NCBI GenBank assembly: GCA_964016885.1
Contig: OZ024741.1
Span: forward strand, 395,498,001-395,562,000
Length of the DNA stretch: 64,000 nucleotides
Source of the DNA: Eledone cirrhosa
Lineage: Eukaryota
Reading direction: 5' to 3'
Made by a program: the position numbers and the translations under genes. Below, in pieces: positions 15,522-27,755 of the stretch. The notes under the pieces were generated by a model. It made no database searches. It had not been told where the DNA came from and was given only the letters and a program-made list of their open reading frames with translations. The first letter of the stretch is position 1. Each line of letters opens with the position of its first letter.

Positions 15522-16396
15522 CGAGGTGTGTCATAAAAGTTCCAGAACTGATGTCACAAAAGATTTATTTCAAACCCAAACTTCACACTAAGAGTTTTCT
15601 CCTTCAAAGTAATCCCCCTGGAGTATGTAACTGTAATCTTAGCTCTCTGCAGCGATCAAACTTTTTTCTTCATAATTTTATATACATGTCCTCTGTTTCA
15701 GGTCGTCAAGCAATGAGCACAGAGCAACGAGCAAACTTGAAGTTTCTGGTACGGTTGGGGAAAACTCCGTCAGAAGCACTGGGATTGCTTTTTGAGTGGT
15801 GCAAGAGGTTTAAAGAAGGACGCGAGGACGTGGAAGATGACCCCAGGAGCGGAAGGCCCTCAACAACCAGGACTGAGGTCAACGTTGAGCGCGTCAGGCA
15901 GGTGGTGTGTAGCGATCGTCGGCTGACTGTTCGACTGGTGGCAAATGAGCTGGGCATGAATCGGGACAGCGTCTGGAAGATTCTCACTGAAGATTTGGAC
16001 ATGCGGAAAGTCTGCGCGAAGATGGTGCCAAAACTGCTGAACGATGACCAGAAGGGTCGACGCATGCAAGTGTGCCAGGACATCCTCGAGCGTCTTGAAA
16101 CCGAACCAGACTTGCTAGGGACAGTCATCACCGGTGATTAGTCATGGATCTTCGACTACGACCCGGAGGGGACCCGTTTTGAAGACGTGGACGACATCAA
16201 AAAGACCGTGACGACGGAACTGCGGAGGATCCCGGAAGAATCCTTCTAAGAGTGCATTCAAGCGTGGCAGAAAAGGATGGAAAAGTGCATTAGACTCCAG
16301 GGGGATTACTTTGAAGGAGAAAACTCTTAGTGTGAAGTTTGGGTTTGAAATAAATCTTTTGTGACATCAGTCCTGGAACTTTTCTGACACACCGCG
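15522..16396 (+). mobile_element. Mariner (irritans-like) DNA transposon, internally deleted
   Basis: TA TSDs; inverted repeats of about 103 bp (15522-15624 / 16294-16396). Transposase motifs EQRANLKF, DDPRSGRPST, KVCAKMVPKLL, TGD*SW and GDYFEG. Catalytic core deleted after YDPE; in-frame stops. Confidence 0.93.
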
Positions 16397-16824
16397 TACA
16401 TGAATATAGATATGCTCGATGAAGGAATTAATAAGAATTAATTATTCAAAGCATAATACAAATTTTAGTTGGGAAACAAATAAAATAAAGAAATAATTAG
16501 CTACTTAGAGCACCCCTACTGTAGTTTCATTGAGCAAACTTCATCATATTGAGCTGGGAAAATCTCAAATCATCAGGGGACATTTTCAAACAAGAAAGAA
16601 TTCGACTGAGTTATCCGCAGCAGCTGACCAAAACTCTGTGGTAGGGCAAATATTTCATCACTATCCCTGTGCCTAAGCTAGCTTTGCTTTGTTATGGGTA
16701 GCAGTTAGATGGTCAATTTCCTTCTTTGCATCTGCGCAAAGCTGTGGATTTATAGCTCAAAAGGAACGGGCGAAGGCTTCATCTTCGTCCGTTCCCTTGT
16801 CGTTTTCAACCAATCCATTATTAA

Positions 16825-17045
16825 ATAGGCACAGAGTTGGTTACCTGCAGGTGTGAGTCTCGTGAGCTGCAATGGCTCTTTCAGCGGCTCTCCCTCCCCA
16901 TCCTCCATGGAAACGCCTTCTCTATTCTGTCCGCCGGGGCCGCGGGACGGCTAGCGTGTGGGCTCTCGTTTGCTTATAATAGTGAGAGATGGGGAGGACG
17001 GGAGAGACGGAGGCGGTGAGAATGGGAGTTTGGTTCCTTTGTGTT
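16825..17045 (+). mobile_element. CRE-clade LINE 3' end fragment
   Basis: RELQWLFQRLSLPILHGNAFSIL; homologous to 24925-25260 and 40765-40872. Confidence 0.7.
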
Positions 17046-17204
17046 AGGACCTTGTGTATATGTATATATTTATTTACCACACCACATCTACATTAATACT
17101 TCAAATACTCACACTAAGCACCAACTAGTAACAGTAAAGAATTGAGGTAGGAATAATCGACTTCCCCTTCGATTGCTGGCCTTGTGCCTAAATTAAAAAT
17201 CATT

Positions 17205-18484
17205 TTAACCCTTTAGCATTTACATTACTCTATATTTACTATTTTATTTTCATGGTAAACACTTTATCTCATATAATTCATCATCATCATCGTTTTACGT
17301 CCGTTCTTCCACGCTAGCATGGGTTAGACAGGTTGTCCTGTTGTGGGCAGTGTCCAGTCGGCTGACCTTGTCTTGCTCATACAGGAACTGATTCTGGCTT
17401 GATTTCTACAGCTAGAGGCCCTTCCTAACACCAACCTCATTTACAGTGAGTGGTGGGTGCTTTTTTTCCGTGGTGCCTACACATCCACTTTACAGTGTGG
17501 GCTGGGTGCTTTTTTGCCGTGGCACCTCCACGACCACTTTGCAGTGGGAGGGTGTAGGGGCATATTGTCTATATGCTTCAGCTTCGGCTTGTACTCGTTG
17601 GGTGTCAGGTCTTCTGTATTACTGCGTGACGCCAGCGGTGCAATTGGGTAAGGTCGGCTTTTATCACCTCATCCCAGGTCTTCTTAGGTCTCCCCACTCC
17701 GCGGTTTCCATCAACTTCTAGTGCTCTGCACCTTTTTATGCAGCTGTCATCCTTCATACGCATCACATGTCCATACCAATGTAATCTCCTCTCCTGCACA
17801 CAACATTTGACTCCTCTGATGCTCAGCCTTTCTCTCAATTAGTTTATACTTTGCTGTTCGCGTATATTACTATTACACATCCATCGGAGCATGCAGGCTT
17901 CGTTTCTTTCTAATCTGCGCAAATCTTCTACAGACAACGCCCAGGTTTCACTTGTATGTAACATTGCTGTTCGTATGCACGCATCATACAGTCTGCCTTT
18001 TGCAGCTAGCAGTGGTAGTAGCTCCCTGAACTTCTTCCATCCCATTCTTACCCTGGTTACTGTACTTTCCGAACACCCACCTCCGCTGCTAATTCGGTCA
18101 CCTAGGTAGCAGAAGCTGTCTACTGTTTCTACAGAGCCCTCCCAGAGTTTGGTGGTACTTGTTTCCTATGGCTGTTTGCTGCTTGCTGTCCCAGCACAGC
18201 TGCTACATGTAAAGCCTTCATTCTTAGTTAAACTTTCTGAGATCCCACTACATCTCTTGTGTACCCACTGTTTGCATATGGAACAGAGAAGGGAGATTCT
18301 ACCTACACCTTTCCCACATACTGAGCAAGGCTATTTCCCTGAGGGAATCTACGAGATTTCGATATTATATATTTTGAGAAAAATACTTTAACATAAGTAT
18401 GAGTGGCTGGTTATGGCCTGTTTGAACAGAAAGAGGTGAGAGAATTCTGGCCGGTTATGGCCGGTTTAAATGCTAAAGGGTTAA
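17205..18484. mobile_element. TTAA-flanked (piggyBac-type) MITE interrupted by an RTE insertion
   Basis: TTAA-CCCTTTAGCATTTA ... TAAATGCTAAAGGG-TTAA. The halves 17205-17278 and about 18350-18484 match the intact copy at 25294-25520 in reverse orientation. Confidence 0.85.
17279..18350 (-). mobile_element. RTE LINE 3' fragment, decayed, same subfamily as 521-2805
   Basis: (CAT)n tail and 3' UTR similar to 549-830; [11 protein letters not shown] and [10 protein letters not shown] motifs; in-frame deletions and stops. Confidence 0.93.
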
Positions 18485-18568
18485 CACAAATTTTAAATTT
18501 TCTCAATCAATTATCTCCTTTGTGACTGAATATCATTTTCTTTTTCTTTTTTTGTACTTTGTGAACAG

Positions 18569-18702
18569 AGTAAAGCAAGACGTATGTGGGCAGAAAATGA
18601 ATGTGCTATCATCCGTCGAGGATATACTTTCGAAAGTTGTCGAAAAGCGACTGGTAACGCCTATCTGACCCATTATAACGACTGCGTTGATGATGCATGC
18701 GG
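18569..18702 (+). CDS. SCO-spondin-like gene, exon A (C8 domain, first half)
   Basis: cag|...|gtatgt; SKARRMWAENECAIIRRGYTFESCRKATGNAYLTHYNDCVDDACG; phase 0 to 2. Confidence 0.9.
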
Positions 18703-18855
18703 GTATGTGGCACACACATACACACATGAACACATACACACACACATGTACACACACATATACACACATACAGACACACACACACATAAACACATACACA
18801 CATGAACACATATGTACACACACACATACACACATACACACACATATACGCACAC

Positions 18856-18908
<53 letters not shown>

Positions 18909-18982
18909 TAATGTTTCAAGGGGATTTTATCTCCGACTTTATTTAATTTTCCCATAAATCAGAAATCTTTTTTTTATTATTA

Positions 18983-19403
18983 ATGGTGGTAGAATGGCAG
19001 TAATCGGTAGAGCGTCGGACAACATGCTTTGTGGCATAGAGTTACGCCCCTTTACGTTCTGAGTTCAAATCCCGCTGAGGTTAGCTTTGCCTTTCGATAA
19101 AATAAAGTACCAGTAATGCACTGGGGTCGATTTAATCGACTTTCCTCTCTCCCCCTCCCCCAAATTGCTGGCCTTGTGCTTAAATCAGAAACCATTATTA
19201 TTATTATAAGGCGGTGGATTGGCAGTATCGGTAGAGGGTCGGACGCCATACTTTGCAGCAAAGAGTTACGGCTCTTTGTGGTCTGAGTTCAAATCTCGCC
19301 GAGGTTAACTTTGCCTTTCATCCTTACGGGGTCAATAAAATAAAGTACCAGTAATGCACTGGGATAATTGCTGGCCTTGTGTCAAATGTAGAAACAATTA
19401 TTA
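18983..19403 (+). mobile_element. Tandem pair of tRNA-derived SINEs (CORE-like body, (ATT)n tail)
   Basis: A box TGGCAGTAATCGG, B box GAGTTCAAATCC, body GCCGAGGTTAACTTTGCCTTTCATCC..GATAAAATAAAGTACCAG; many copies in the window. Confidence 0.85.
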
Positions 19404-19465
19404 TGCTCACTTGCGTTGGGGCGCACATATTTCTAATGCTCTGTTTATTTAATTCTATATTTCAG

Positions 19466-19575
19466 TTGTGATATTGGAGGTGATTGTGAATGTTTATGTT
19501 CTGCAATATCCAACTTTGCAGAGATGTGCAGTCGACACAATATATATATCAAATGGAGAAGCCAAGAACTGTGTC
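19466..19575 (+). CDS. SCO-spondin-like gene, exon B (C8 domain, second half)
   Basis: ttcag|...|gtaagt; [36 protein letters not shown], a typical VWD-associated C8 signature; phase 2 to 1. Confidence 0.95.
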
Positions 19576-19799
19576 GTAAGTATTCCCTAGATCAACTAAC
19601 GATTAACATTTAATTGATTTACATATGTTTCATTCAAATACAGAAGGAAGTAGCATTTACTTCCCGTGTATGGAAATTGACAGAATCATTAGATAATATA
19701 AAAAAGGAACGATCGACTTTCGTCAAATTGGACCAAGGAAACAATGTTTCCGTTGGTCTTTCCAGTTGCTAATACTATCTATCGGTCACAATTCCAGGT

Positions 19800-19922
19800 A
19801 GAAGGAGCAACGTGAAATAAAGTGTCTTGCTCAAGGACATAACGCATCGCCCAGTCCAGGAATCGAACTCACAACTCAAGATTGTGAATCCAATTCTCTA
19901 ACCACTCAGCCACACGCCTTCA
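19800..19922 (-). mobile_element. tRNA-derived SINE head, second family (as at 47025)
   Basis: Reverse strand: A box TGGCTGAGTGG, B box GTTCGATTCC, then CTTGAGCAAGACACTTTATTTCACGTTGCTCC. Confidence 0.8.
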
Positions 19923-20021
19923 TAAATAATATATGTAGATAATAAAATCGAATTTGAGCTTTGAATATCTGCCTGCCTTTTACAGTTGTATTATCAACCC
20001 ATTTGATCTACCTTATATGTA

Positions 20022-20115
<94 letters not shown>

Positions 20116-20723
20116 CCCGGGTTTAATTGTGGGTAACCATAGTAAGTATAAGTAAGGTACTCAATACATTAGTAGAGTGTAAACATCAAATTTAATATAG
20201 AAATGGCTTCTACAGGACTAGAACTGCTTCATTCGAAAGAAATCCTCATATACACATATCCAGCCCGCACGCTCGACTAATTGCCTGCCTTCCTCAACCC
20301 AGCTTTAACATTTTTTTCTCTTTCTAACCTTCCAGCCTCCACTTTTCAAACATTCACCCCGCTCTCCCCGAACTTTGCTTTTTTCTAACAAAGGACTTAT
20401 GTCCGATACGTTTAGAGATTTATTTATGGTTCTTTTCTATTTTCTAATCATCTCCCTTGTCATGAGAATCGCTTCAGAACCAACAATACATAAAACGTTA
20501 ATTTTGATTAATATTTTTGTTTTAATTTCATCATCATCATCATCATCATTTTACGTCCGCTTTTCCCTGCTTGCAAGGGTGGGACGGGTCCTATTCAGCA
20601 CAGCATCTCTCCAATTGTCACGGTCCTTCGTCATCTCCTCCGTGAGTTTCAGCGATCTGTTTTTCGTGGTCTTCCTCTACTGCGTCTTCCTTCTACTGGC
20701 ATTTCTTGGCACTTCTTTACATA

Positions 20724-22769
20724 TTTAACAGGATTACTGGGTTGTATGAATATAAGAAGAGACTCGGTTGTATCTATAATGTTTATTTAATAAGGTTGAG
20801 TTATGTAGAGCAGAATAGTTGACATGCCAAGAGTTGATGAAAGAATGAATTAAAGTTATTTGTATTACCGTTTTGAAGTAATCTCGCAAGAGACCAAATG
20901 GTCTTTACATTACCATTGTTCAGGTTGCCAGAGAGTGTAGCCTCGGTGAACGGGCCTGGCCGAAGACGCCTGGTCGAAGGGCCAGGCTAGTTAGAAGAGA
21001 GGGAGAGAGCTGAAAGTTATTCCTTCTATAGGGTCCCAGGACGGAAGTGACAAAGAAGGCTCTGCAACCACAACGGGAAGTAACTCCAGCTACTTCCCGT
21101 CTAGAGAGCGCTACTGAGGTTGTGATCGTCACAACAAGGGAGGCAACTCTTGCTACATTATCTCCCGCCAGATTTTTAAAACATAAAAATCGAATGAACC
21201 ATGTATGGAGTAAGATGGCGAGCATAACACCAAAGTCCAGGCATGAGAATTACAAAAAAATAGTGTTTGTAATAAAAGGAAAACAGCAAAATATAAGCAT
21301 GCAAAAATCAATGATAGATATCAAGGTAGCCAACCGCTCTTGGACAGAGAACGACTGGACATCTATCTATCCATCACTCAAAGATACTATGTAATCAAAC
21401 TAAAAGAAGAGGTCACAAGAGCAAAGAAATGTGCTCGAACATTAAAAAAAAGTTCAAATGCTCAAAATACAGTTCACAGGTGACAGCAGGAAAGTGTGTT
21501 CCAGAGAATGTATGCAGGTGGTTTCTGGACTGTGGTACAACGTGAAATTCCCAATCTCCGAAGGGATTTTCTCACAGGAAGAGTGCTGCAAAAATAAATT
21601 CTCTGTCTTGTTCTGCTGGTTTTGGTTGTTGCTGTTATTGTCACGCGGAGTGAGCCTATTCGATGTTGCTTAAATTCACAGTAAATAGTTTCCCAGAAAA
21701 AATGAGTTGTTGTCTAGCGGAGTGAGATAACTCTTTCAAAGTTGTTTTAAATCAGAGTAAAAATTTTCAGAGAAAAAATGAGTTGCGCAAAGTGCTAGAA
21801 ATAACAGCCAAAATTGATGGTCGATGTTGAGAACGCGTTGACCTGGATGGGTCAAGAGGCCAGCGACCAAAGAAATAATCATTCTGAATAAATGCGCAGT
21901 TTTCAACGGCAAATTTACGTGGTAAATTTTTAAACCGGCAAATAGGAGAATATAGCTTAAGACTATAAAAATATTTCTATTGCGCGAGAAAATGGCGCGA
22001 AAATGATAGCGCAACAGGTCGTTGGCAGCCATTTTGAAAATGTTCAGTGTGAACGTGGTAATATGATGAAAAAGAAGGAAAGGCTTTGTATATGGTGGGA
22101 GTTCCAATTTTTTTTTTTTTTAAATGATGAAAAAGTAGCGATATTTAAACGATGTAAACACGTTAGGTGAAGAACAAAATTTTTTCTTGTTTGTTTGCTG
22201 CTGAGAAAAAGATTACTTCTATTTTTCGATTTAGACAAAATCCATGTGGAATTTTGTTAGAGGAATTTTTTTCTTTTTGAAATACTGCTAATTAATTTTC
22301 TTCTTTTTTTTTTTACATTCACACAACACCAGATCCTATTATTTTTTCTCGGGGTCACCACTTTTAACAGGATTACTGGGTTGTATGAATATAACAAGAG
22401 ACTCGGTTGTATGTACAATATTTATTTAACAAGGTTGAGTTATGCAGAGCAGAATAGTTGACATGCCAAGAGTTGATGAAAGAATGAATTAAAGTTATTT
22501 GTATTACCGTTTTGAAGTAATCTCGCAAGAGACCAAATGGTCTTTACATTACCATTGTTCAGGTTGCCAGAGAGTGTAGCCTCGGCGAACGCGCCTGGCT
22601 AGTTAGAAGAGAGGGAGAGAGCTGAAAGTTATTCCTTTTATAGGGTCCCAGGACGGAAGTGACAAAGAAGGCTTTGCAACCACAACGGGAAGTAACTCCA
22701 GCTACTTCCCGTCTAGAGAGCGCTACTGCGGTTGTGATCGTCGCAACAAGGGAGGCAACTCTTGCTACA
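20724..22769 (-). mobile_element. Non-autonomous LTR retrotransposon (Ty3/gypsy-like, TRIM-sized)
   Basis: LTRs 22363-22769 (5') and 20724-21157 (3'), starting TGTAGCA. PBS TGGTGACCCCGA (tRNA-Trp) at 22349-22360; purine tract GGCGGGAGATAA before the 3' LTR; TSD CATA; TATA and AATAAA within the LTR; 1.2-kb interior without gag/pol motifs. Confidence 0.9.
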
Positions 22770-23941
22770 CATATATACAAAATTTATTTCCTGTTCATTT
22801 GCTTATGATTGATTATACAGTCGATTATTTTATTCGATTGAATTGAATCATGTATTACAAGTACTTCTTTTATAGTGGAAGTAAACTAAAATTTAGGGTT
22901 TTGATGGCCTTTCATATTTCTTCCCACTATTAATTGGGAGATAAGAGGGTTCTTAGATTACTTCCAAAGAGTTAGACTTAGGTCAGTTTAGAACTTCCTT
23001 GAAGTATTCGAGCCATCTTGCAAAATTATCTTCGCCTTTCGACAGCCGGGTTTATCCTTTGCTTTAATAGGATCTGACCTGGTACCAGTGATCTAATGTG
23101 TGAGTGTGTGTGACATCTCACACCTATGCAGGTTTAGCTGGCCTCCTCCAAGGTATATCTCGTTGGAAGTGTCTTAGGTAATTTAATGATAGGAACCCCA
23201 GTCCTATCATCTCATTTCTACAGCTGAGTAAACTGGAGCAATGTGAAATAAAGATCTGATGTACTGATAGATGTAACTGACTGTGGTCATTGGAGCACTT
23301 TAGCTACCCCATAAGTCTCAAGATGCGACAGCTTCAATGTCTAAGTAAACACAAAGTCTGTTCCTACATTCCTACACAATCAGATCTGCTCTTCTTTACC
23401 CCTTCCCCCTCTGTTTGTTGCTTGGTTTTGGTCTGGTTTGGTTTGGTTTGGTTTTTATCCTATTTTTTTCTTTTTCTTTCCTATTTCCAATAATATTTGT
23501 AATGTTATTTATACAACTAAATAAAAAATCTCGACGTCAACACTACAAATAAATCGGAACGTCGGTGACCCGCCTGAGGAAGGAGCCCCGCGAGGTAGGG
23601 TAACTGTTGCAGCGAGTGTCGCCATAGTTCGCGGGAATGATTTTGCGGCCTTGTCTTTGGGGTGCAGCCCCATTACCGCCGCGCCCAATGCCCAGAGCCC
23701 AATCCCCTCCCTATTCTTCTGTGACACTAGAGCCCTTGTCATTCCCTTCCTTTTCCGTTTTTTTAAAATATTCTCTTATATTACATTCCATTCTTTTCAA
23801 TCTAATTTTTTTTCTTTTTCTATTAAATTATTTTTCCTATTAAATAAATACAACTATATATACATAAAATATAACTATATATATACATACTGTCAAATAA
23901 ATACAACTATATATACATAAAATATAACTATATATACATAC

Positions 23942-24120
23942 TTGTTTCTACTTTAGGCACAAGGCCAGCAATTACCCAGTGCATTACTGGTACTTTATTT
24001 TATCGACCCCGTAAGGATGAAAGGCAAAGTCAACCTCGGCGGGATTTGAACTCAGATCGTAAAGGGACGTAACTATGCTTGAAAGCATGGCGTCCGACCC
24101 TCTACCAATAGTGCCAATCC
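23942..24120 (-). mobile_element. tRNA-derived SINE (CORE-like family)
   Basis: Reverse complement of the 19209-19403 type. Confidence 0.85.
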
Positions 24121-24467
24121 ATACTGTCAAATAACAAAACTACACTTTCAACTCTTTCCCATCCAAATATTGTCCTACTTATTTAAGGCATGTGTAAAGT
24201 TGATTTCTTTTTTTAAGATTTAATAGAGAAGCTCTCCACACAAACACAAACACAAAGACACACAAACACACACTGACATACACATACACACAAACGCACT
24301 AACACATACACACACACAGATACACAGACAGACACACACACACACTCACAGTCACACACTCACACACTCACACACACATTCACACACTCATACGCCTTCA
24401 TATATTTACAACTCTTGTTTTCGTAACAAATATATTAATTTTTCGATTTTTTTCTTCTACTTTTTAG

Positions 24468-24617
24468 CAATTCAATGTGGTGAAAACTCGCGCTATTCAG
24501 CGTGTGGTTCCCCTTGTCCTCAGACCTGCAAAAATATAGGAGATGAGCCGGAACCTTACTGTAAATCTATAAAATGCATTGAAGGATGTTTCTGTTCTCC
24601 TGGATTTATTCGTGACG
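24468..24617 (+). CDS. SCO-spondin-like gene, exon C (TIL domain)
   Basis: tttag|...|gtacgt; IQCGENSRYSACGSPCPQTCKNIGDEPEPYCKSIKCIEGCFCSPGFIRD; phase 1 to 1. Confidence 0.95.
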
Positions 24618-24924
24618 GTACGTTGATATCCTTGAAACTATTTTCACTCCTACCTGAAGCCAATCTCCTTTTACTTAACCTAAGATCTGTGTATTTTGAA
24701 CGATGAATATAAAACAAAAGTCAGATGTAGATTGTTAAGAGTACTTCATTGTTTTACGATTGTTTCAAAGGGCTGTTTGAACGCCAGATAGTGTTCACAT
24801 CACCTATTTTTAGTGTTCATATTCAAGATCAATTACTCCGTCTTCCTCAGAAACAACGTTGAGTTCTATCAAAATTATCTGTCCCACCTTAAATAGGTAT
24901 ATTTTAATTGTTTTACTGTGACTA

Positions 24925-25260
24925 ATTCAGGCTCTGCTGCACTTTGGGCCGAGGAAGGTAAACTCTCCAAATATCGGTCGCTCTCCGACAGGTTTGAGGT
25001 GGAGTCCGTAGCAGTGGAGACTTCTGGTGTCCTTGGCCCTAGGACCACCTCCCTACTCACTACTATCGACATGGAGATGGCTACCTGCAGATGTGAGCCT
25101 CGTGAGCTGGAATGGCTCTTCCAGAGTATCTCCCTCACCATCCTCCAGGGATCCTGTCCAAGGGGCCGCAAGGCACACAGCGCGCGGGCTCCCATTTGCT
25201 TATAATAGTGGGAGATGGGGGGAGTGAGAGAGATGGAGGCAGTGAGTGAGAGAACAATAA
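24925..25260 (+). mobile_element. CRE-clade LINE 3' fragment (C-terminus of restriction-like endonuclease)
   Basis: AEEGKLSKYRSLSDRFEVESVAVETSGVLGP...RELEWLFQSISLTILQG. Confidence 0.75.
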
Positions 25261-25293
25261 CACCCATTTACTTAACCATTCAGGATATATTAG

Positions 25294-25520
25294 TTAACCC
25301 TTTAGCATTTAAACCGGCCATATCCGGCCAGAATTCTCTCACCTCTTTCTGTTCAAACCAGCTGTAACCAGCCACTCATACCGACGTTAAGGTATTGCTC
25401 TCAAAGTAAGTAATATCAAATTAATAGATTCGATGTTATGTGAGATAATTATGTGAGGTAAAGCATTTACTGTGAAAATAAAATAGTATATATAGAATGA
25501 TGTAAATGTTAAATGGTTAA
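25294..25520. mobile_element. Intact TTAA MITE (about 220 bp)
   Basis: TTAA TSDs; TIR CCCTTTAGCATTTA / TAAATGTTAAATGG; partial third copy at about 35884-35975. Confidence 0.85.
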
Positions 25521-25896
25521 ATAAATGTACAGACATTATTAGGTGTCAATTCCCCTCTACATTGTTTTACTTAACATATTAAAACCTCTGAAAAAGGCAA
25601 GAATGTAAAACATCTCCACTCCTCTTCATAATGTTTTGCCTTTCATTGCTTTTATTTCTTAAATAAAAGTTTTAAACTATATAATTTCATCTTACAAATT
25701 AAAGTGAAAGATAGGAATATGTGGTGTAAGAATGTACTGCGTCGGAGTATTATTTCCTGATACTCGATTAAATAAAGTACCAGTAATACACTAGGGTCGA
25801 TTTAATCAACTTGTCCCTCCCCCAAAATTGCTGGCCTTGTGAAAATAGTAGAAATCATTATTTTCTGAGAATTTTAAGATAACATTCTAATTTCAG

Positions 25897-25990
25897 GTAA
25901 AAAATGTGTTCCAGCGATTGAATGTCCATGTTATAAGAATGGTGTAAGTTACGCCCCTGGAACAAAATTACACATCAACTGTCAAGAATG
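25897..25990 (+). CDS. SCO-spondin-like gene, exon D (end of TIL, start of VWC/TILa), GC donor
   Basis: ttcag|; GKKCVPAIECPCYKNGVSYAPGTKLHINCQEC; ends TG|gcaagt, phase 2, matching the next exon. Confidence 0.88.
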
Positions 25991-26347
25991 GCAAGTATTC
26001 AGAATTTGGTATTAAAAAAGAATTCGTTAAATGGAAATGTTGTATGAAATATTTAAAATACTCCTTCATAACCGCTGCTCTGTTTGCCGAGAGGGGGGGG
26101 GGGGATAAATGGATGGATGGTAGTTTCGTTGACTCTCGTGACATGACCTGCAAACTAAAGACGCCTCACACAGATGGTATGGCTAATAGACTGGAAATTA
26201 CCTTAGAGAATTTTGTCAAGAGATTTAATGTTTTTTTTTATTTATATCCTTCTAAGCATTCGTGTGTAGCAACCATCTAAAGCGTTGCTAAGTAATTAAC
26301 ACACTTCAAATGTAAAGTCCAAAGTCTTCCTTCTTTTCTTTTATTAG

Positions 26348-26508
26348 CGAGTGTACTGTGGGAAGATTCACTTGCAAGAAGATTAACGATTGTCATCAGA
26401 AATGTCTACCAACTGACTTCCAGTGCCAGGCTGGAGAATGTATAGATTCTGTATATAAATGTGACCACATTATTGACTGTAGAGATGGATCTGATGAATT
26501 ATATTGCA
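26348..26508 (+). CDS. SCO-spondin-like gene, exon E (end of VWC/TILa and LDLa 1)
   Basis: ttag|...|gtaagt; ECTVGRFTCKKINDCHQKCLPTDFQCQAGECIDSVYKCDHIIDCRDGSDELYC. Confidence 0.95.
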
Positions 26509-26774
26509 GTAAGTACCACAATCAATCTATTTTCACATGAAATCTGTGTCGTGTATTCAACACGAAATATTAAGTCTATTGTTATTTAGTATCATCCAGC
26601 TCACCGTGAAATATTATGTAATCCCAGCGGAATCCAATCCAGGAATTTCTCAATCTTGTTAGAGGAACCTCTCCCTGGTTGAACCCCACCACCACCGCTT
26701 TCTGTTTGTTTTTTTCATGTCAGGGATGTAGCACAAACACACACATAGACACAGACACACATACACACACACAG

Positions 26775-26809
<35 letters not shown>

Positions 26810-26928
26810 TACATATGTATACATATATATAAATGTCGCCACTCTTTATAATATAGCCATATTCAACTACCCCCAAGTATCAAGTACTCTGTTGAGTAAT
26901 GGTCTAACTACTTTTAAACTGGTTCAGT

Positions 26929-26995
<67 letters not shown>

Positions 26996-27303
26996 ATTTG
27001 CAAGGTTTTTGATATGAAATCGTGTGTTGAAACAAATATTGTTATATTTGGGAAAGGATCCTATTGTTATAGTATTGCCTGAAATAATAATTGTTTCTAC
27101 TTTTGGCACAAGGCCAGCAATTACCCAGTACATTACTGGTACTTTATTTTATCGACCTCGCAAGGATGAAAGGCAAAGTTAACCTCGCCGGGATTTGCTT
27201 TGGATTGGTTTTCGCTTCTGTATCTTTTATATCTCCATAGTTAATTTATCTGGCAATCAATGTTTATCATTGATTGACCAACGGTTTAAAATACAGATAT
27301 AAA

Positions 27304-27430
27304 TATATATATAGTCTATCGAAGTTCTTTCATCACACACCTGTTACATCATCAGTGGTAATATTATGTTTCCTGATGATGTGACAGGTGTGTGATGAAA
27401 GAACTTTGAAAGACTATATATATATATATA
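27304..27430. mobile_element. Short fold-back element (arms of about 52 bp, 17-nt spacer) in TA repeat
   Basis: 27304-27355 is inverted relative to 27373-27425; each arm has CTGATGA...GAAA; related single arm at about 45886-45925. Confidence 0.65.
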
Positions 27431-27472
27431 GATATATATATATATATATTACCTTGATCACCTTGACCGACC

Positions 27473-27515
<43 letters not shown>

Positions 27516-27584
27516 TTGTACATGCCGTTGTTTCTTTGAAACTGATTCATCTGTTTCTGTTCAATATTTCCGTCTCCATTTCAG

Positions 27585-27698
27585 ACTACACCTGTTCAGC
27601 TCAACAGTTTGCCTGCTCTGATGGATCTTGTATTCCTCGTTCTAAATACTGTAATGGTCTTCCAGATTGTCCCTACGGTATTGATGAACTAAACTGCA
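27585..27698 (+). CDS. SCO-spondin-like gene, exon F (LDLa 2)
   Basis: tcag|...|gtaagt; YTCSAQQFACSDGSCIPRSKYCNGLPDCPYGIDELNC; phase 1 to 1. Confidence 0.95.
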
Positions 27699-27755
27699 GT
27701 AAGTATCCATCAAAGGGTAACAGTCCTCAGATGATATACGATTGATGTTTTGTTT

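Noticed and set aside
26491-26498. CTGATGA motifs in exons (also 43509)
   Set aside because: They encode the LDLa SDE motif, with no ribozyme stems.
27373-27412. CTGATGA...GAAA as an intact hammerhead
   Set aside because: Stem II does not pair convincingly and stem III is marginal; kept only as part of a fold-back element.
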